From: Saprolegnia diclina VS20
Taxonomy: Eukaryota
Direction of reading: 5' to 3'
Assembly: GCF_000281045.1 (NCBI RefSeq)
Contig: NW_008246076.1
Span: 1 to 64,000 of the forward strand
Length of the DNA: 64,000 bases
The notes under the pieces are model-generated. The model was not told the origin of the DNA and made no database searches. It was given only the letters and a program-made list of their open reading frames with translations. Position numbers and translations under genes: made by a program. Shown piece after piece: positions 32,647 through 44,259 of this stretch (its first letter is position 1; each line of letters begins with the position of its first letter).

Positions 32647-34984
32647 ATGCCTATTTTCGACCTCGTACTAGGCACTGGTCATGGTCGATGCGATGTCGAG
32701 TGCGGTCGGTGGCACCAGTACAAGGCGGCGACCGACGCCGTCCTCAAGGGGCTCCAGAAGGCAAGCGGCGCCAAGAAGGCCAAGGCGGCGGCGTGGACCA
32801 CCGGTCACATCTACGCGGCGGCTCTCGCCGTGGCGACCAAGAAGACGCCAGTGCCAGCACACGGCCTTCGCGCTCTTACCACGAGCATCCGCCCCCGCTG
32901 GCGCGCGGCGCGGTCACTGCCGCGTGACGAGGGTCACATGCTTTCTGAACCTGCTCCGCGCCATCCAAGCCAGGCTCGCGCCGCTGGCCACGACGCGCCG
33001 GCGCAGCCCGCGCCTCGACATTGCCTTTGACGCTCTCGTGATCGACGACGATGACAAAGACAATGACGGTAACGACGATGACCATGATGACATGCCGCCG
33101 TTCGACGTCGCGCAGTACACGGTGCCTGCCGCGAGCCCGACGCCTGACGAGGCAGCCCGCGACGCCCGACTCGCAGACTACGAGGCCGCCCAGTTTCGCG
33201 CCGCCTGCTGCTTTATGGATATGGACGAGCTCATGAGCGACGTCGTGGCTGCGTGGACCGCCGTCAAGCAGCAGCAATCGTCGCTTGTCGCCGCGACGGC
33301 CGTCACCAACCACTGCGTCCGCGTCGCCGACGCGCTGGCGTCCGAGCTCACGCTGGAGCTGCCCTTCTTGACGCAACTCGGCGCCATGAGCTTTCTCGCC
33401 GACAACAGCGAGGCGCTTCGGACGCTCGTGTTGGAGCACGCCGTGCCGCTGGCCGAGGCCGTCGCCTTTATCAACACGCTGCAGCACAACCTCGCCAAGC
33501 CCGAGCCGATCCCAAACCACGAAGCAGAAAAAGTGGCGTCTACGTCGCTCGGTGTGCCACGTCGGACGCCGCCGCCCTCGTGGCCCTTGTGTGGCGCGAC
33601 GCCCGGACGCACACTGCGGGACTGGCATGGACGCGCCATCTCGACGACCTCGTCACGATCGAGCGCGGGCTCCTTCCTTGCGCCAACAGGCAGTACCTGA
33701 ATACGGGCTTGCCAATCCCCGAGTTTGCGACCTTGTGAGACCGAGACGTGTGCGCCCGCGACCTTGTACTAGTATCAGCAGCGAAAGACGTTTATGTTGG
33801 TGTCGATTGGGGCGATGATGCGCGGGTAGTGCCAATGGGGCTTCATGCACCAAAGCCACTTGATGCCGTTTCTTCCAAGCTGAAGCCTGCGTCTTTCGTC
33901 GCGAGGTCTCGGTCGGTCTCTCGTTTGGCGCGCTCTGCATCATTGTGTCGGTGGCTGCGCTCCGCGGCCCAAGCACCGACGCGGTGCATTGCGCCACGAT
34001 CGCTGCCGAGACCGCCACGGCGCTCAAGACCATGTACAGGCGCGCGCTCACGCAGGCTAAAGTACGCGGCGACGGGCACCTCCATCGCGCCCTAAAGCCC
34101 ATCTTCTGGGACAAAGCCGAGTTCCTCAAGCGCGCTTTGTGCGAGACCGTTCTGCGTCACCGAGTTGCTCCCTGTCGTGCACTTCAGCCCGTACTTGGCG
34201 GGCCAGCACCTTCTCGCGCTCACCGCCTCGTTCGGGTCCGTCGTTGTTTCTCAACGATGTGGGCCAAGAGCTGTTTGTGCTGCACGCGTACAACGCACTG
34301 CGCGTCCTCGGTCGATCGCGGACCTCGACCACCTCGTATCGCTCCTCGACTCGGACAAGGTCTTTTGGCCCCCGCGAGCGCGGTGAGTTCATGAAGTCGT
34401 ACGCGCTTGCTTTCGGTGTCGATGAAGGACGCGGCAGAGATCTCGGCCGGCACGGCCGAAGCCATGAGCGGCGGCAATAGGCGCTACAAGGCTCATTGTC
34501 CAAGCACGACCGCCGGACCAAGCTCCAGAAGGCTCAACAAAGCAACATGCGACGCAAGGTCACCCTGGAGAGCGCCACGTATTCCCAGCTGGCTGGCCAC
34601 GCGCCGCTCCCGAGACGGTCGTCGTCGCCGATCCCAGACATGACTGCGATTCGCAACATCGTCGACGACGAGTGGCGGCAGTTCCTCAACATCGACCGCA
34701 ACCAAGTCGGCCTCGTGTTTCGAGCTATGTACTTTGAGGCGGTCGCCGTCTTGGGCTACCGGCCCACAAAGTCGTCGCGCTGCGACCCGAGCCTCCCCGA
34801 GTCTCGCACCAACAACCCGCATTCGGACATGATGACGTGTGCGAGCGGGCTCTTCATGCTAGTATGCTGCGACGGGTCCCCCGACTCGCCCGAGCTCAGG
34901 AAGGTCGCCAACATCCTCTTGGCCCACGCGCCGAGGCTTCGCGACACGGCGATCGTTCCCGGCGTCGACCGTAAAACGAGTTGA
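32647..34984 (+). pseudogene. Frameshifted DUF6604-like gene
   Basis: WHQYKAATDAVL..., DEGH/TCFLNLL, acidic linker, FRAACCFMDMDEL..W...LVAATAVTN resemble the DUF6604 pattern. Several frameshifts (first near 32937). Confidence 0.6.
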
Positions 34985-35275
34985 CTCAGTTAAAATACAC
35001 TTCTCTTGATGTTAATAAAGAACCGGGCTGGGCCAAATGCGCACTGGCAGGGGAAATATATACCTTCGTGAAGGTGGCAACACTGCGAGGTCGTATCAAA
35101 GCTTGTGCGCTGTGCTAACATCGGCCGGCTCGTGCAGGCGACTGTGCCATGTGAAGTCACGCAAGGTAGTGTTAAATAACGACATGTTGAGGAGAGTAGA
35201 CTGGTTGACGATAGTTAGATCGGATCGCTACCAAAGTCTAACAAGATTCCCTTCCATCGTAGCCGAGAAGTTGGT

Positions 35276-35668
35276 TTAGTAGAAGAAACCAATGACCTTG
35301 CCACCCGTGTGCTTGCGGCGGGCTTCGTTGTGGTCCATGATGCCGTACGTCGTCGAGAGGACGATGTGGCCGAACTGGCGCGACGGGAGGAGGTTGTTGA
35401 TCCACTTCTCCATGTCCTGGAGCTTGATGTCGAAGCGGGGCGAGATGACACCGCACTTGTTGATGCGGCCGCGGAGCTCGACGACGATCTTGCCGGCGCG
35501 GTGGTCGTCGACGATCTCGAATTCGCCAATGTAGCCGTTCTTCTGCATGCACTGGAGGAACTTGACGATGACCTTGGACGACGGGCGGATCAACACCTGG
35601 CGCTTGCCGCGCTTTTCGGCGTTGTACATCGTCTTAAGACAATCGGCGAGGACGGACATGCGAACCAT
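35276..35668 (-). CDS. RPS15A: 40S ribosomal protein S15a / uS8
   Basis: [52 protein letters not shown]. Confidence 0.99.
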   Translation of the reverse strand: MVRMSVLADCLKTMYNAEKRGKRQVLIRPSSKVIVKFLQCMQKNGYIGEFEIVDDHRAGKIVVELRGRINKCGVISPRFDIKLQDMEKWINNLLPSRQFGHIVLSTTYGIMDHNEARRKHTGGKVIGFFY

Positions 35669-35669
35669 G

Positions 35670-35832
35670 CTACGTAGACGAGGATTAGCCCTCCAGTTCG
35701 GCGCCAAGGTCGGGGGTCGCGCGACCGCCCGCCTCCATAGATTGCCCCGCGGGCCATGCCATGGTACGTAGCCCATGGCCATGGCCGCGGAGCATCTCTT
35801 CTGCCCGTGGCAGGAGTCGCATGAAGACGTAC
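35670..35832 (-). other. Predicted 163-nt structured 5'UTR intron of RPS15A
   Basis: GTACGT donor, GCTAAT branch-like site, TAG acceptor 1 nt before the ATG; long internal hairpin. Confidence 0.75.
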
Positions 35833-35852
35833 GTGGAAGACTTGTTGAAAGG

Positions 35853-35868
35853 GAATTCAAAAATGAAA
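35853..35868 (-). promoter_or_regulatory. Oomycete Inr-FPR core promoter of RPS15A
   Basis: TTTCATTTTTGAATTC fits TCATTYBNNNWTTY; CCAAT box upstream near 35928. Confidence 0.7.
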
Positions 35869-36270
35869 GCAGCGACTGGCCACCATCCCATTGGTCGTGG
35901 ATCACCAGCAATTCCAAGCGGCGTCTGATTGGCTGCCAAAAATCGAGTCTCACAGGTCTATCCTCGCACAACCCATATTTCGACTCACTTGTGGATTGTA
36001 TGGTATACGTTTGCAGAGTCTAAACAGAGTTTCTGAGTTGGCGCGCAAAATCCAACCAGTCGCAGGAACGACTAGAGCGTTGATAATGGTACGTTGGCTA
36101 CTGAGGACGACTAGTAGGTCTGGGCGAGACCACAAAGGTCTTGTGGAAGAAGACGTGTTTGAAATGACGTCGCTGCTGCAACCAACGTTAACATTGTTAG
36201 TGAATATGAGTAGAGTATACGAATTCACGAATGTACTATGAGCGAGTCCAATCGTGTACTAGTGCGATGG

Positions 36271-36749
36271 TTATGTCGTAATAGACGCGACGGCGTCAGT
36301 GGATGCAATGCACGAGCTCTCGCAGTCGACGGCAGCAAACTGCACGAGGAGGAGGACGCTTGCTTCAACGCCGGGGGCGACGTCGAGGTAGCTGCCGTCA
36401 ACGCCGGCGGCCGGCGGGCGGATCTTGGCCACGGCGGTGTCGTCGCACGTGATGAGAAGCTGCGTGTCCCAGTCGCCTCGACAGACNNNNNNNNNNNNNN
36501 NNNNNNNNNNNNNNNNNNNNNNNNNNNNNNNNNNNNNNNNNNNNNNNNNNNNNNNNNNNNNNNNNNNNNNNNNNNNNNNNNNNNNNTGAGCTGGAGACCG
36601 GCAGCGCCAGTCGCGATATTCACGAGACCGTCCTTGGCGCATCGGTAGGTCACTGCCTCGGCGGAGGCGTGTTGGGGGTGGACCCCCCCCAGCTGCATTG
36701 GGACCAGCGGAATCGAGTCAACCGCCGGCATCGACTGTGTCCCGCCCAT
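36271..36749 (-). CDS. LURP-one/Tubby-C-terminal-like (scramblase-fold) protein with N-myristoylation-like start; spans N gap
   Basis: MGGTQS start; C-terminal CRGDW..AVAKI..YLDVAPGVEASVLLLVQFAAVD, typical of LURP-one-like proteins. Confidence 0.65.
36487..36586. other. Assembly gap (100 N placeholder)
   Basis: Run of N. Confidence 1.
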
Positions 36750-36880
36750 ACTAAGACCCTTGCAGACTCGAAAGTTGTCCAGGGTGTAAATATACTCACA
36801 GAACCGTTTTGCCGCACCTGGTCCGTGACGAGCAACTTAACCTAAAACACTATTTACGGTGTCATCACATATGACGCTGC

Positions 36881-36980
36881 GCCTGGATCACGCGGCCGAG
36901 CTCGCACTTGACCAAGATGCTCGGGTCCTGCTCGACCTCGTCGTCCCACCCACCCGCTGCGCTCAGGCTTGGGCCGTCGC
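36881..36980 (-). pseudogene. Inverted, decayed copy of the 5' part of the 38021-38773 gene
   Basis: Reverse complement matches 38044-38135 (gcgcagcgggtgggacgacgaggtcgagcaggacc..caagtgcgagctcggccgc) with indels. Confidence 0.85.
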
Positions 36981-37439
36981 ATCACCCGCAATATGTGCTC
37001 GACCGACACACACGTCATGATGGCTTATGGCCACAAGCCCTAGCTAGTATCAATGTATCGATCCGAAACAAAACGGATAAAACGTCGAACCCGACGGCCC
37101 AAACAGCCGTGCAAAGTTGTGACGATGATAAGCGCACAAAGGCAAGAGGTGGCGCCACGTCAGTTGCAGAGAAGCGTATCCATGGCCGAGTCGCAAGGGG
37201 ACGAAGTGTGCTATTCGTTAAAGTCTCGGTGACAGGGCTTTGAAAATTGCAATTCACCAGCCAGATGTCATTGCCGGCGACTAATCTAACGACCAACCTC
37301 GTCGCTTGGGCTCGAGCTTCAACCTCGTAGTGCAGTATTGCTGCGGGTAGAAGCCAGAGCTGCCCGAGCAAGAGGCAGTAGGATTGGCGTCCAGACTTAG
37401 TACACGGATTCGCTGACGGCGATTTATGTTTCTTGTCGC

Positions 37440-37838
37440 GTCCTCACGAGTCCGCAATGGCCGCTAAGGCGTCGGTGGATGCGATACACGAGCTCTCGCA
37501 GTCGGCGGTGGCAAATATTGCACGAGGAGGAGGACGCCTACCTCAACGCCGGGGGCGACGTCGATGTAGCGGCCGGCGGGCGGATCTTGGCCACGGCGGT
37601 GTCGTCGCACGTGATGAGAAGCTGCGTGTCCCAGTCGCCTCGACAGACAAGCCTGAACCAGCTATTGCGCACGAGGAGCTTCAAGATCTGCGTCTTGGTC
37701 GTGCCGGCGAAGACACGGTACGTGTGATGGTATGAGAAGAGGTCCTTTGAGAGCGTTGCGACCACGGCCTTGTTGGCGTTGAGGAGCGAGGCCGAGCTCC
37801 GCAGAAAGCCGCTCGTGTCGGTGAGCTGGAGACCGGCA
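37440..37838 (-). pseudogene. 5'-truncated, frameshifted duplicate of the LURP-one-like gene
   Basis: Near-identical to the sequence flanking the gap at 36290-36600, but lacks the first ~50 codons and has a ~16-nt deletion near 37570. Confidence 0.85.
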
Positions 37839-38020
37839 TGACGATCGGTCGACAACACTATTTCCGGTCGATTCGTTTTCAGACTAAATGCAACGTCTGG
37901 TCCCGGGCCCGGCTCTTTGTGCTTGCATGTGATTGGCCACCCAGCCCAATATTGAGCGTGGCAATACAAAGATCAAGATAGGCGACCACGGGCCTCGGGC
38001 CAATATTAGATATTCGAGCC

Positions 38021-38773
38021 ATGGCGTATCACTTTGACCCGTACGCGACGGCCCGCCGGCCCAAGGCCAAGCGCAGCGGGTGGGACGACGAGGTCGAGCA
38101 GGACCTGAGCATCTCGCGCAAGTGCGAGCTCGGCCGCTGGATCGAGTGCGGCATCTGCGTCGACAAGGCCGGGAAGCACTCGGTCATCCAGGCCGACGCC
38201 GCCTTCGGCCTCAAAAAGTGGAAGCGCCACATCAACGGCGCCTGCCACCTCAAGAACGCCGGCCTTGCGCCGCCCGAGCCGCGCCCCGCGCCGATGCTAC
38301 ACGCGCTGCCGATCGAGCCGCCGACGCTGTTAGAGGCGACGCCGACGATGCGCTGTCCGGGGCTCTACGGCGGCGACCCCAAGTACCTCGCCTTGATGGT
38401 GCAGTACGGCGACATCAAGTCGGAGCGGCTCGAGATTGTTGCGACCATGGGCGGGATCGGCGCCTTCTCCAAGCAGTGCACCAAGGCTGCGTACGATGGC
38501 AGCGCCCACCGCAAGAAGACGTCCAAGCACCAGATGAAGACGGCGTGCATGGCCTGCTACGAGCTCGCGGGCGACGAGCGCGACAGCTTTTGCAAGCGCG
38601 TCGACAACATGGAGCGCGTCGACATGGTCCTCGATGCGATGCTCTCCAACCACAAGGGTCCGTTGGCGAAGAAGGTGATTGTCGACTTTACAAAGAGCAA
38701 CACCAAGGCGAACCCGAACTGGAACTACCTCCTCGAGAAGGCCAAGCTCTTCAAGGCGGCCATGAACTACTGA
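38021..38773 (+). CDS. Hypothetical protein with C2H2-like zinc finger and a second Cys cluster
   Basis: 250 aa ORF with strong codon bias; IECGIC...KWKRHINGACH; CPG..C..CMAC. Confidence 0.75.
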   Translation: MAYHFDPYATARRPKAKRSGWDDEVEQDLSISRKCELGRWIECGICVDKAGKHSVIQADAAFGLKKWKRHINGACHLKNAGLAPPEPRPAPMLHALPIEPPTLLEATPTMRCPGLYGGDPKYLALMVQYGDIKSERLEIVATMGGIGAFSKQCTKAAYDGSAHRKKTSKHQMKTACMACYELAGDERDSFCKRVDNMERVDMVLDAMLSNHKGPLAKKVIVDFTKSNTKANPNWNYLLEKAKLFKAAMNY

Positions 38774-38776
38774 GAC

Positions 38777-41353
38777 TTAGAGCTGGCGCGCCAGCCAGAG
38801 ATCGGTCTCGAGCAGATCGGCATCCATCGCCAGCAGCTGGATGACGCACGCTGCGTCACCGGCAATGTGCTCGACGGGCACAAACGTTGTCGCCACATCC
38901 ACGTCCACCAGTCCTAGTTTCAATGTATCAATCAATATCCAACCAAAAAATGCAAAAATATACCTGACGGCAGTGCAAAGTCGTGGACGAGATGGACGCG
39001 CAAGTGCAGGAGGTGGCGCCACGTCAGCTGCGCGCGCGCGAGGAGCTTGCGCAGCGCTGCGCACACGTCGCCCGTCGCATCCGGCGCCACAAAGAGAAAC
39101 CCGACTGCCAATTTGCGCGCCAGGACCGACACGTCGCTGCGTAGTCCGTCCGACTCTATATACATATAGATGGACAACCTGTCCACAACGATCAGGACGC
39201 ACCGCAATGAAAGGTCGTCGGCGCAAACGTCGCGTACGCCTTGTGCGTAAGTGCGAGGAGCTCGACTTCGACCGGCGCCGCCTTGGGCAGCATCGGCACG
39301 GCCACCACTGCGATCGGGGACCGCGTCTATACGTTCTTAGGTCAGCAACGACATGCGATAACGAAGGAGGTACGGCCAGTGCGAGCCGCTGGGTCGTCTT
39401 GTCGTGCTCGTCGTCGCTCTCGTCGCTGTCGAGGTCGTGCGCATACGCGTCCAGATGGGCGGCGTTGGCCTGCAGCTGCTCGCGGCTCAAGTCTGCGAGC
39501 GCGCCGCCGACGCCGGACGTGTACGTATGGTAGACCAGCGTCGAGACGACGTGGCGCAAGTTGGAGTCGACGGCTTCGAGGACCCGGACGCCGTTGCGGA
39601 AGCTCTACGGCACAATCTCGGATACGATTCATATGCGCAACGTCGTACGAGGTGGAGGTTGGCGGTCGGCGACGTCGACGGTAGCAGCGTCATGGTCTCG
39701 GGCACGAGCGGGATCTGTCCGGCGCAGCACACGACACTCCGTGCAATCTATATACATCCTGAGGCGATACTGTAATATATGAATCAAGAATGACGCACCG
39801 TCGTCGCCTGGCTGTACGGGCCAATGCACATGGGCGCCCACTCGCTGAGGCTCTGGATGTACAGCACGTCGCGCTGCGTCGCAGTGAGCTGGAACGGGTC
39901 CGCGCCTTCAAAAATATGAGAAAAATTGAAACATTGAAACATTGAAGCAAGACCGGCGCCACGGAGCGCGAGGCAGTCGAGCTGGACGGCGGATGCCATG
40001 TCGACTTGGACGCAACTGCGCGAGGGCGGCAAGAGACCCGGAAAGTACGAGCCGTAGACCGCATTCAAGACCGCAAACTGCGCCATGTCCTGGACGTAAA
40101 TGTGCACAAAGAGCACATTGCCCAAGCCCGCGCCGTGCAAGCGGAGCTCGTCTACATCGTATTTCAACGTTGTGCTCAATATTGTCATATCGCGTCGATA
40201 CCTTGGAGTGTCGCAAAGATCGCGTGCACTTGGTCGGGCAGCGGCAGCGTCTGGTCGGCGCACGTAAGGCCCGAGACCATGATTTGGTTGCGGTAGATTC
40301 GGCTGCGAGCGCGTCCGTGCGGCAAGGCCGGGCGCAGCGCGCGGGGCACAAGCATCGCCGGCGCGTCACCGGGGTGCGGTGACGACGCACTCGGCGGCGG
40401 CGGCGGGAAGGCGTCGGCGGTCTTGTCTTCGAGGTGCAGAGCGTCGATGCAGTAGAGACCGACGGGCGCAAACATGTCGTCGGCGTGGATCTCGATGCGC
40501 GCCGCGTCACTAGAGACACATATTGTCCATAGTCTTTTGAGAGACAAGAAATAGTGTGTACATGACGATGCGCTTCTTGAAGAGCGGGCAGTCGAGCGTC
40601 AGGGTCTCGTACTCGCCGCCTTCGCCGCAGATATGGAACTGGTACTTTTCGTGCTAAGACAGAATTTGGTACAGTGTAAGCGACAAGGATATACAGTACG
40701 AGGTCGAGAAAGGTCGGGTAGAGGTCCGCAATGGAGCGGCCGAGGTGCTTGCGCGGATGCAGCCCTAGCACGGAGCGCATGAGGGCGATGGCGAAGAGGA
40801 GGAGGGTACCCATGGATGCGACCTTGACGACGATCGAGTGCAAGTCGGCGTCGATCATCTCTTGCATGAGCTCGTCCTGCTCCTTGCGCCAGAGGTACGC
40901 CACGGATGTGAGCCCTAAGCGCGCGCACCTACGTTGATACGCTTAGCGTAGTCGTGGGCAAGCGTTGGCATACACGTTCTCGACGCGTGTGCGCTGGTAG
41001 TTGGAGAAGATCGCGCCCGTGTTGACGGCCTCGACGTCGGGGTACTGGCGCTGGACCTCGGCGAGCAGCGCGTAGAGGTCTTCAACTTCGTCGCCCTCGG
41101 TCGGCGCGTAGCCCATCTCGGTGGCCAGCGACTGCCCACGCAGCGTGTGCATGACCAGCGGCAGCTCCATGCAGGCGGCGATGCTCGCGACGACGTGCGT
41201 GCCAATGGACTGGAACATGAACGAGTCGACTTCGGCGTTGGCGGCCGGCGGCTGCAGCGTCGCGAGGCAGACGATCTCGTGGCCATGCTGCTCGCACTTG
41301 AGAAGCGAGTAGATGCTGTCCTTGCCTCCGCTCACGAGCGCCACGACCTTCAT
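38777..41353 (-). CDS. DPH6: Diphthine--ammonia ligase with C-terminal RidA/YjgF-like domains (about 11 introns)
   Basis: MKVVALVSGGKDS, DSFMFQSIG, CGEGGEYET, PPSRSCV, WAPMCIGPYSQA, LPKAAPVEVE. Confidence 0.96.
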
Positions 41354-42241
41354 CGGTGGTTCGGCGCTGTTGCACGGAAATAGTGTGCATCCTGCATGAA
41401 ATCGTGTGATCACAACCGAGTGCTGTCGATATGGCACTGTCTCGGTGCATCTACTTCGAGTACCAGCGAGAAGGACGCAGGTGCAGAGACAGTGGCGCCA
41501 GACATGACGTGAGACGCCATCGGTCGCGATATTTCCTTCGCCTCCATCGTGACGGCAACTCAGATGCACCTTTCAACGGCAAGTACAGAGACCCGCAAAC
41601 CAAATCCTGAAGTCTATATGTATATACGCTGGCTCGTTCGTATACTGGGTTAAACTAATTCTCATAACTAGCTTGTGTAGTAGAGAAACGTGGTGGCGCG
41701 ACCCTTCGTTGCTTACAGAGCCGTGGGAGTGCCACGTAATACGTAGCGACACCGTCCACCCGTCGCGACACTCTGCAGCGTTGACAAAGCGACGACTCGA
41801 AGTGCCAGGTTTGTTGCTACTCAGTAAGCCCACCGCTCTCTTCGGTCCACAGCGCGGACGACAACGGCCAAACGGTTTCATTATGGTCGCCAAGTTCGGA
41901 CGTGTCATTACACGCGTCAGACGCTGGATCCTGATTTTGCTCGTGACTGCAAGGCCGAACGTTCCCCCAAAACAGACGCGCGTGCTCACGCATACCACTG
42001 GCGCCTGCCTCCTTGAGTTGCCCACGCGGCCACCTTGAGTTGCCAACGCAGCCTGCGTGCCATAGAAAATGAGGAGCGTCCTTGTCTTCGCGTCAACACC
42101 GACGTAGCCGCGCGTTACGCAGGTCTTGCTGCTCGTTAGAATTTGGCGCCTGTCGCCTATAACCAATGTGTGTCGCTTGACGCCGCCGTCCCACGGTGCA
42201 TTCCGGGTCGGAGGCCATCCCCAGTTTTGATAAATCTCGCC

Positions 42242-42841
42242 ATGTCACGCTGCTTCGTTCTCGGGTGCGACCTGCCGCCGACGGACGCCACGAGCCAAAA
42301 ATGCGAAAAGCACAAGCACCGCGCCAAGTGCCAAGGCGACCCGCTCTGCTACAACCAGGTGTACGCGCGCGGCCGCTGCGTGCGCCACGGCGGCAAGAAG
42401 CCGTGCTTGTACCATGGATGCACGGGCAACGCGCGCCGCAACGACATGTGCCACCGCCATGGCGGCGCCCGCCACCGGCTCTGCTCCGAGCCTGGCTGCG
42501 ACAAGATCGTGAGCGAGCGCCGCAAGTGCTCCCGGCACGGCGACACGGCGCTCTGCCACTTCCCCCGCTGCCTCCTCAAGGCGCGGCTGCAGGGCTACTG
42601 CGGGACGCACTACCGCTACAAGGCGCAGCACATTGAGCCAACCGCGTGGAACGTTGTGGACGTCGCGATGCGCAACGACGCACCGCTCGCCGAGGTCGAG
42701 TCGCAGATTTTGAGCAGTCTCTTGGACGACTGCGCGATCGACGAGACAAGCTTCCACGTCCTGCACGTGACGCGGTCCGAGTCGGTGCACATGCCGGCCG
42801 TGGACCTTCGCGACCACAAGACGCCGCCGCGCCGGCCTTGA
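42242..42841 (+). CDS. WRKY19-like Cys/His zinc-finger repeat protein
   Basis: Repeated C-x4-C...C-x2-H-G(G) units (CVRHGG, CHRHGG, CSRHG). Confidence 0.85.
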   Translation: MSRCFVLGCDLPPTDATSQKCEKHKHRAKCQGDPLCYNQVYARGRCVRHGGKKPCLYHGCTGNARRNDMCHRHGGARHRLCSEPGCDKIVSERRKCSRHGDTALCHFPRCLLKARLQGYCGTHYRYKAQHIEPTAWNVVDVAMRNDAPLAEVESQILSSLLDDCAIDETSFHVLHVTRSESVHMPAVDLRDHKTPPRRP

Positions 42842-43705
42842 TTTATACGCAAACACACGCTTTTAGAGCGTACATTCTAGTATCATTGCATGAGCGCACG
42901 AGGCGCTACCTCATCTTACAAGTCCTTTCTCTATATATCTATCTACTAATACAATTGAGCTACTACCTAATCCGCTTCATTCGTCTTCACACGACGAGGT
43001 GCGGGCAACCGCTGAATCTTCTTGCTGCGCCGAGACACGAGCGCGCGACAGGCGGCGACAGCGACGTGGCCCGTCCAGGGGCACGCGAAAGAAGGTGGTC
43101 AAGCTGGCTCGTACTGCAAGTGCAAAGTCCGCGGTCCGGTGCTTTTTTGAGCTTCAACGAGCGAAAGCTTGAGGTGGCGACAACGACGACGCACCGCTGT
43201 TGCCACCGTCTTCTGCTCACGCCAGCATGCAGCGCATCGACGTGGATTCATAAAACTAATTCTTTTGCAGCGGAAAATAGTCTTGTGCAATTTGTAGTTG
43301 GGTCGATGGCGCTACGGTACATGCTTGCGTCAACTGGCTAGCGGCGATCCTCCCAGGAGTTTGCGTCTGGTCTGTCGATGTGTAATCGCGCGTGTTTGGA
43401 GCGACATCCTGGTTTGAAATTAGGACATGGCGCGGCCTGGACTTGAAGCCACCGTGCTGCACAAACGACAGGCGGCCCCGAGATGCTGCATGGACGAGGC
43501 GATGCTACATTCTGCATGCCTTTGCCTATGGACGGCGCTGCCTCTGGGTATGGCCCTTCCAAAGAGAGGAATGGTGGCCAGTATGAGAGCACAGAGGAGC
43601 ACGAGCAATGCGGCTTGAACTCGAGACAGCTGGTGTGGTGACTCACTTGGTGACTCACTACTAGGCCTGCTGAGTCATTCCCGTTCGATCGTCTGCACCG
43701 TGTGA

Positions 43706-44215
43706 ATGGCCGCGACATGCCTCTTTTGCGCCAACCCGGCGCCGCCCGGCCGCACCAAGTGCACCTTCCACCGCCACCGCGCCGTGTGCATCGGCGCGCC
43801 CGGCTGCACCAACCAAGTGTACGCGCGCCAGCGCTGCGTCCGGCATGGCGGCAAGCGGCGCTGCCACGTCGAGGGCTGCGAGAGCTACGCTCGGAACCGC
43901 AACCTGTGCTTTCACCACGCCGCGTCCGTCTTGCCGCCCAAAACGTGCGCCGTCGACGGCTGCGAGAAGCGCGCGCACGCCAAGAACAAGTGCTTGCCCC
44001 ACAGCGGCGTCCGACGCTGCCGGGCCGAGGGCTGCCTCCTCTACGCCCGCCACGCCGGCTACTGCACCCACCACCGCCAAGAGACCCCGCCAGCCTCGCC
44101 AGCAAAAAGTACATTCGTCGTCAAGAGTAATGACGCCGATGGGGACGATGACAGCGGGTGGTTTGAGGACGTCTGGAGCCGGGTCCCGTACCCCCCGCTC
44201 GCAACCACATTCTAA
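43706..44215 (+). CDS. WRKY19-like zinc-finger repeat protein
   Basis: CTNQVYARQRCVRHGGKRRC, shared with the 42242 gene. Confidence 0.85.
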   Translation: MAATCLFCANPAPPGRTKCTFHRHRAVCIGAPGCTNQVYARQRCVRHGGKRRCHVEGCESYARNRNLCFHHAASVLPPKTCAVDGCEKRAHAKNKCLPHSGVRRCRAEGCLLYARHAGYCTHHRQETPPASPAKSTFVVKSNDADGDDDSGWFEDVWSRVPYPPLATTF

Positions 44216-44259
44216 CACGACCACGCAGAATGATGACAACTTGTATGGATTCTAGTGTG

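Noticed and set aside
35670..35832. H/ACA snoRNA or TPP riboswitch interpretation of the uS8 intron
   Set aside because: No terminal ACA after the main hairpin and no second large hairpin; TPP core motifs (UGAGA, CUGAU..AAU) absent.
35668..35971. N-terminally extended 231-aa uS8 in the ORF track
   Set aside because: The extension runs through promoter and intron; the conserved protein starts at MVRM (35668).
38777..40400. RidA-like domains fused to DPH6 as a novelty
   Set aside because: This fusion is already known in yeast and plant Dph6.
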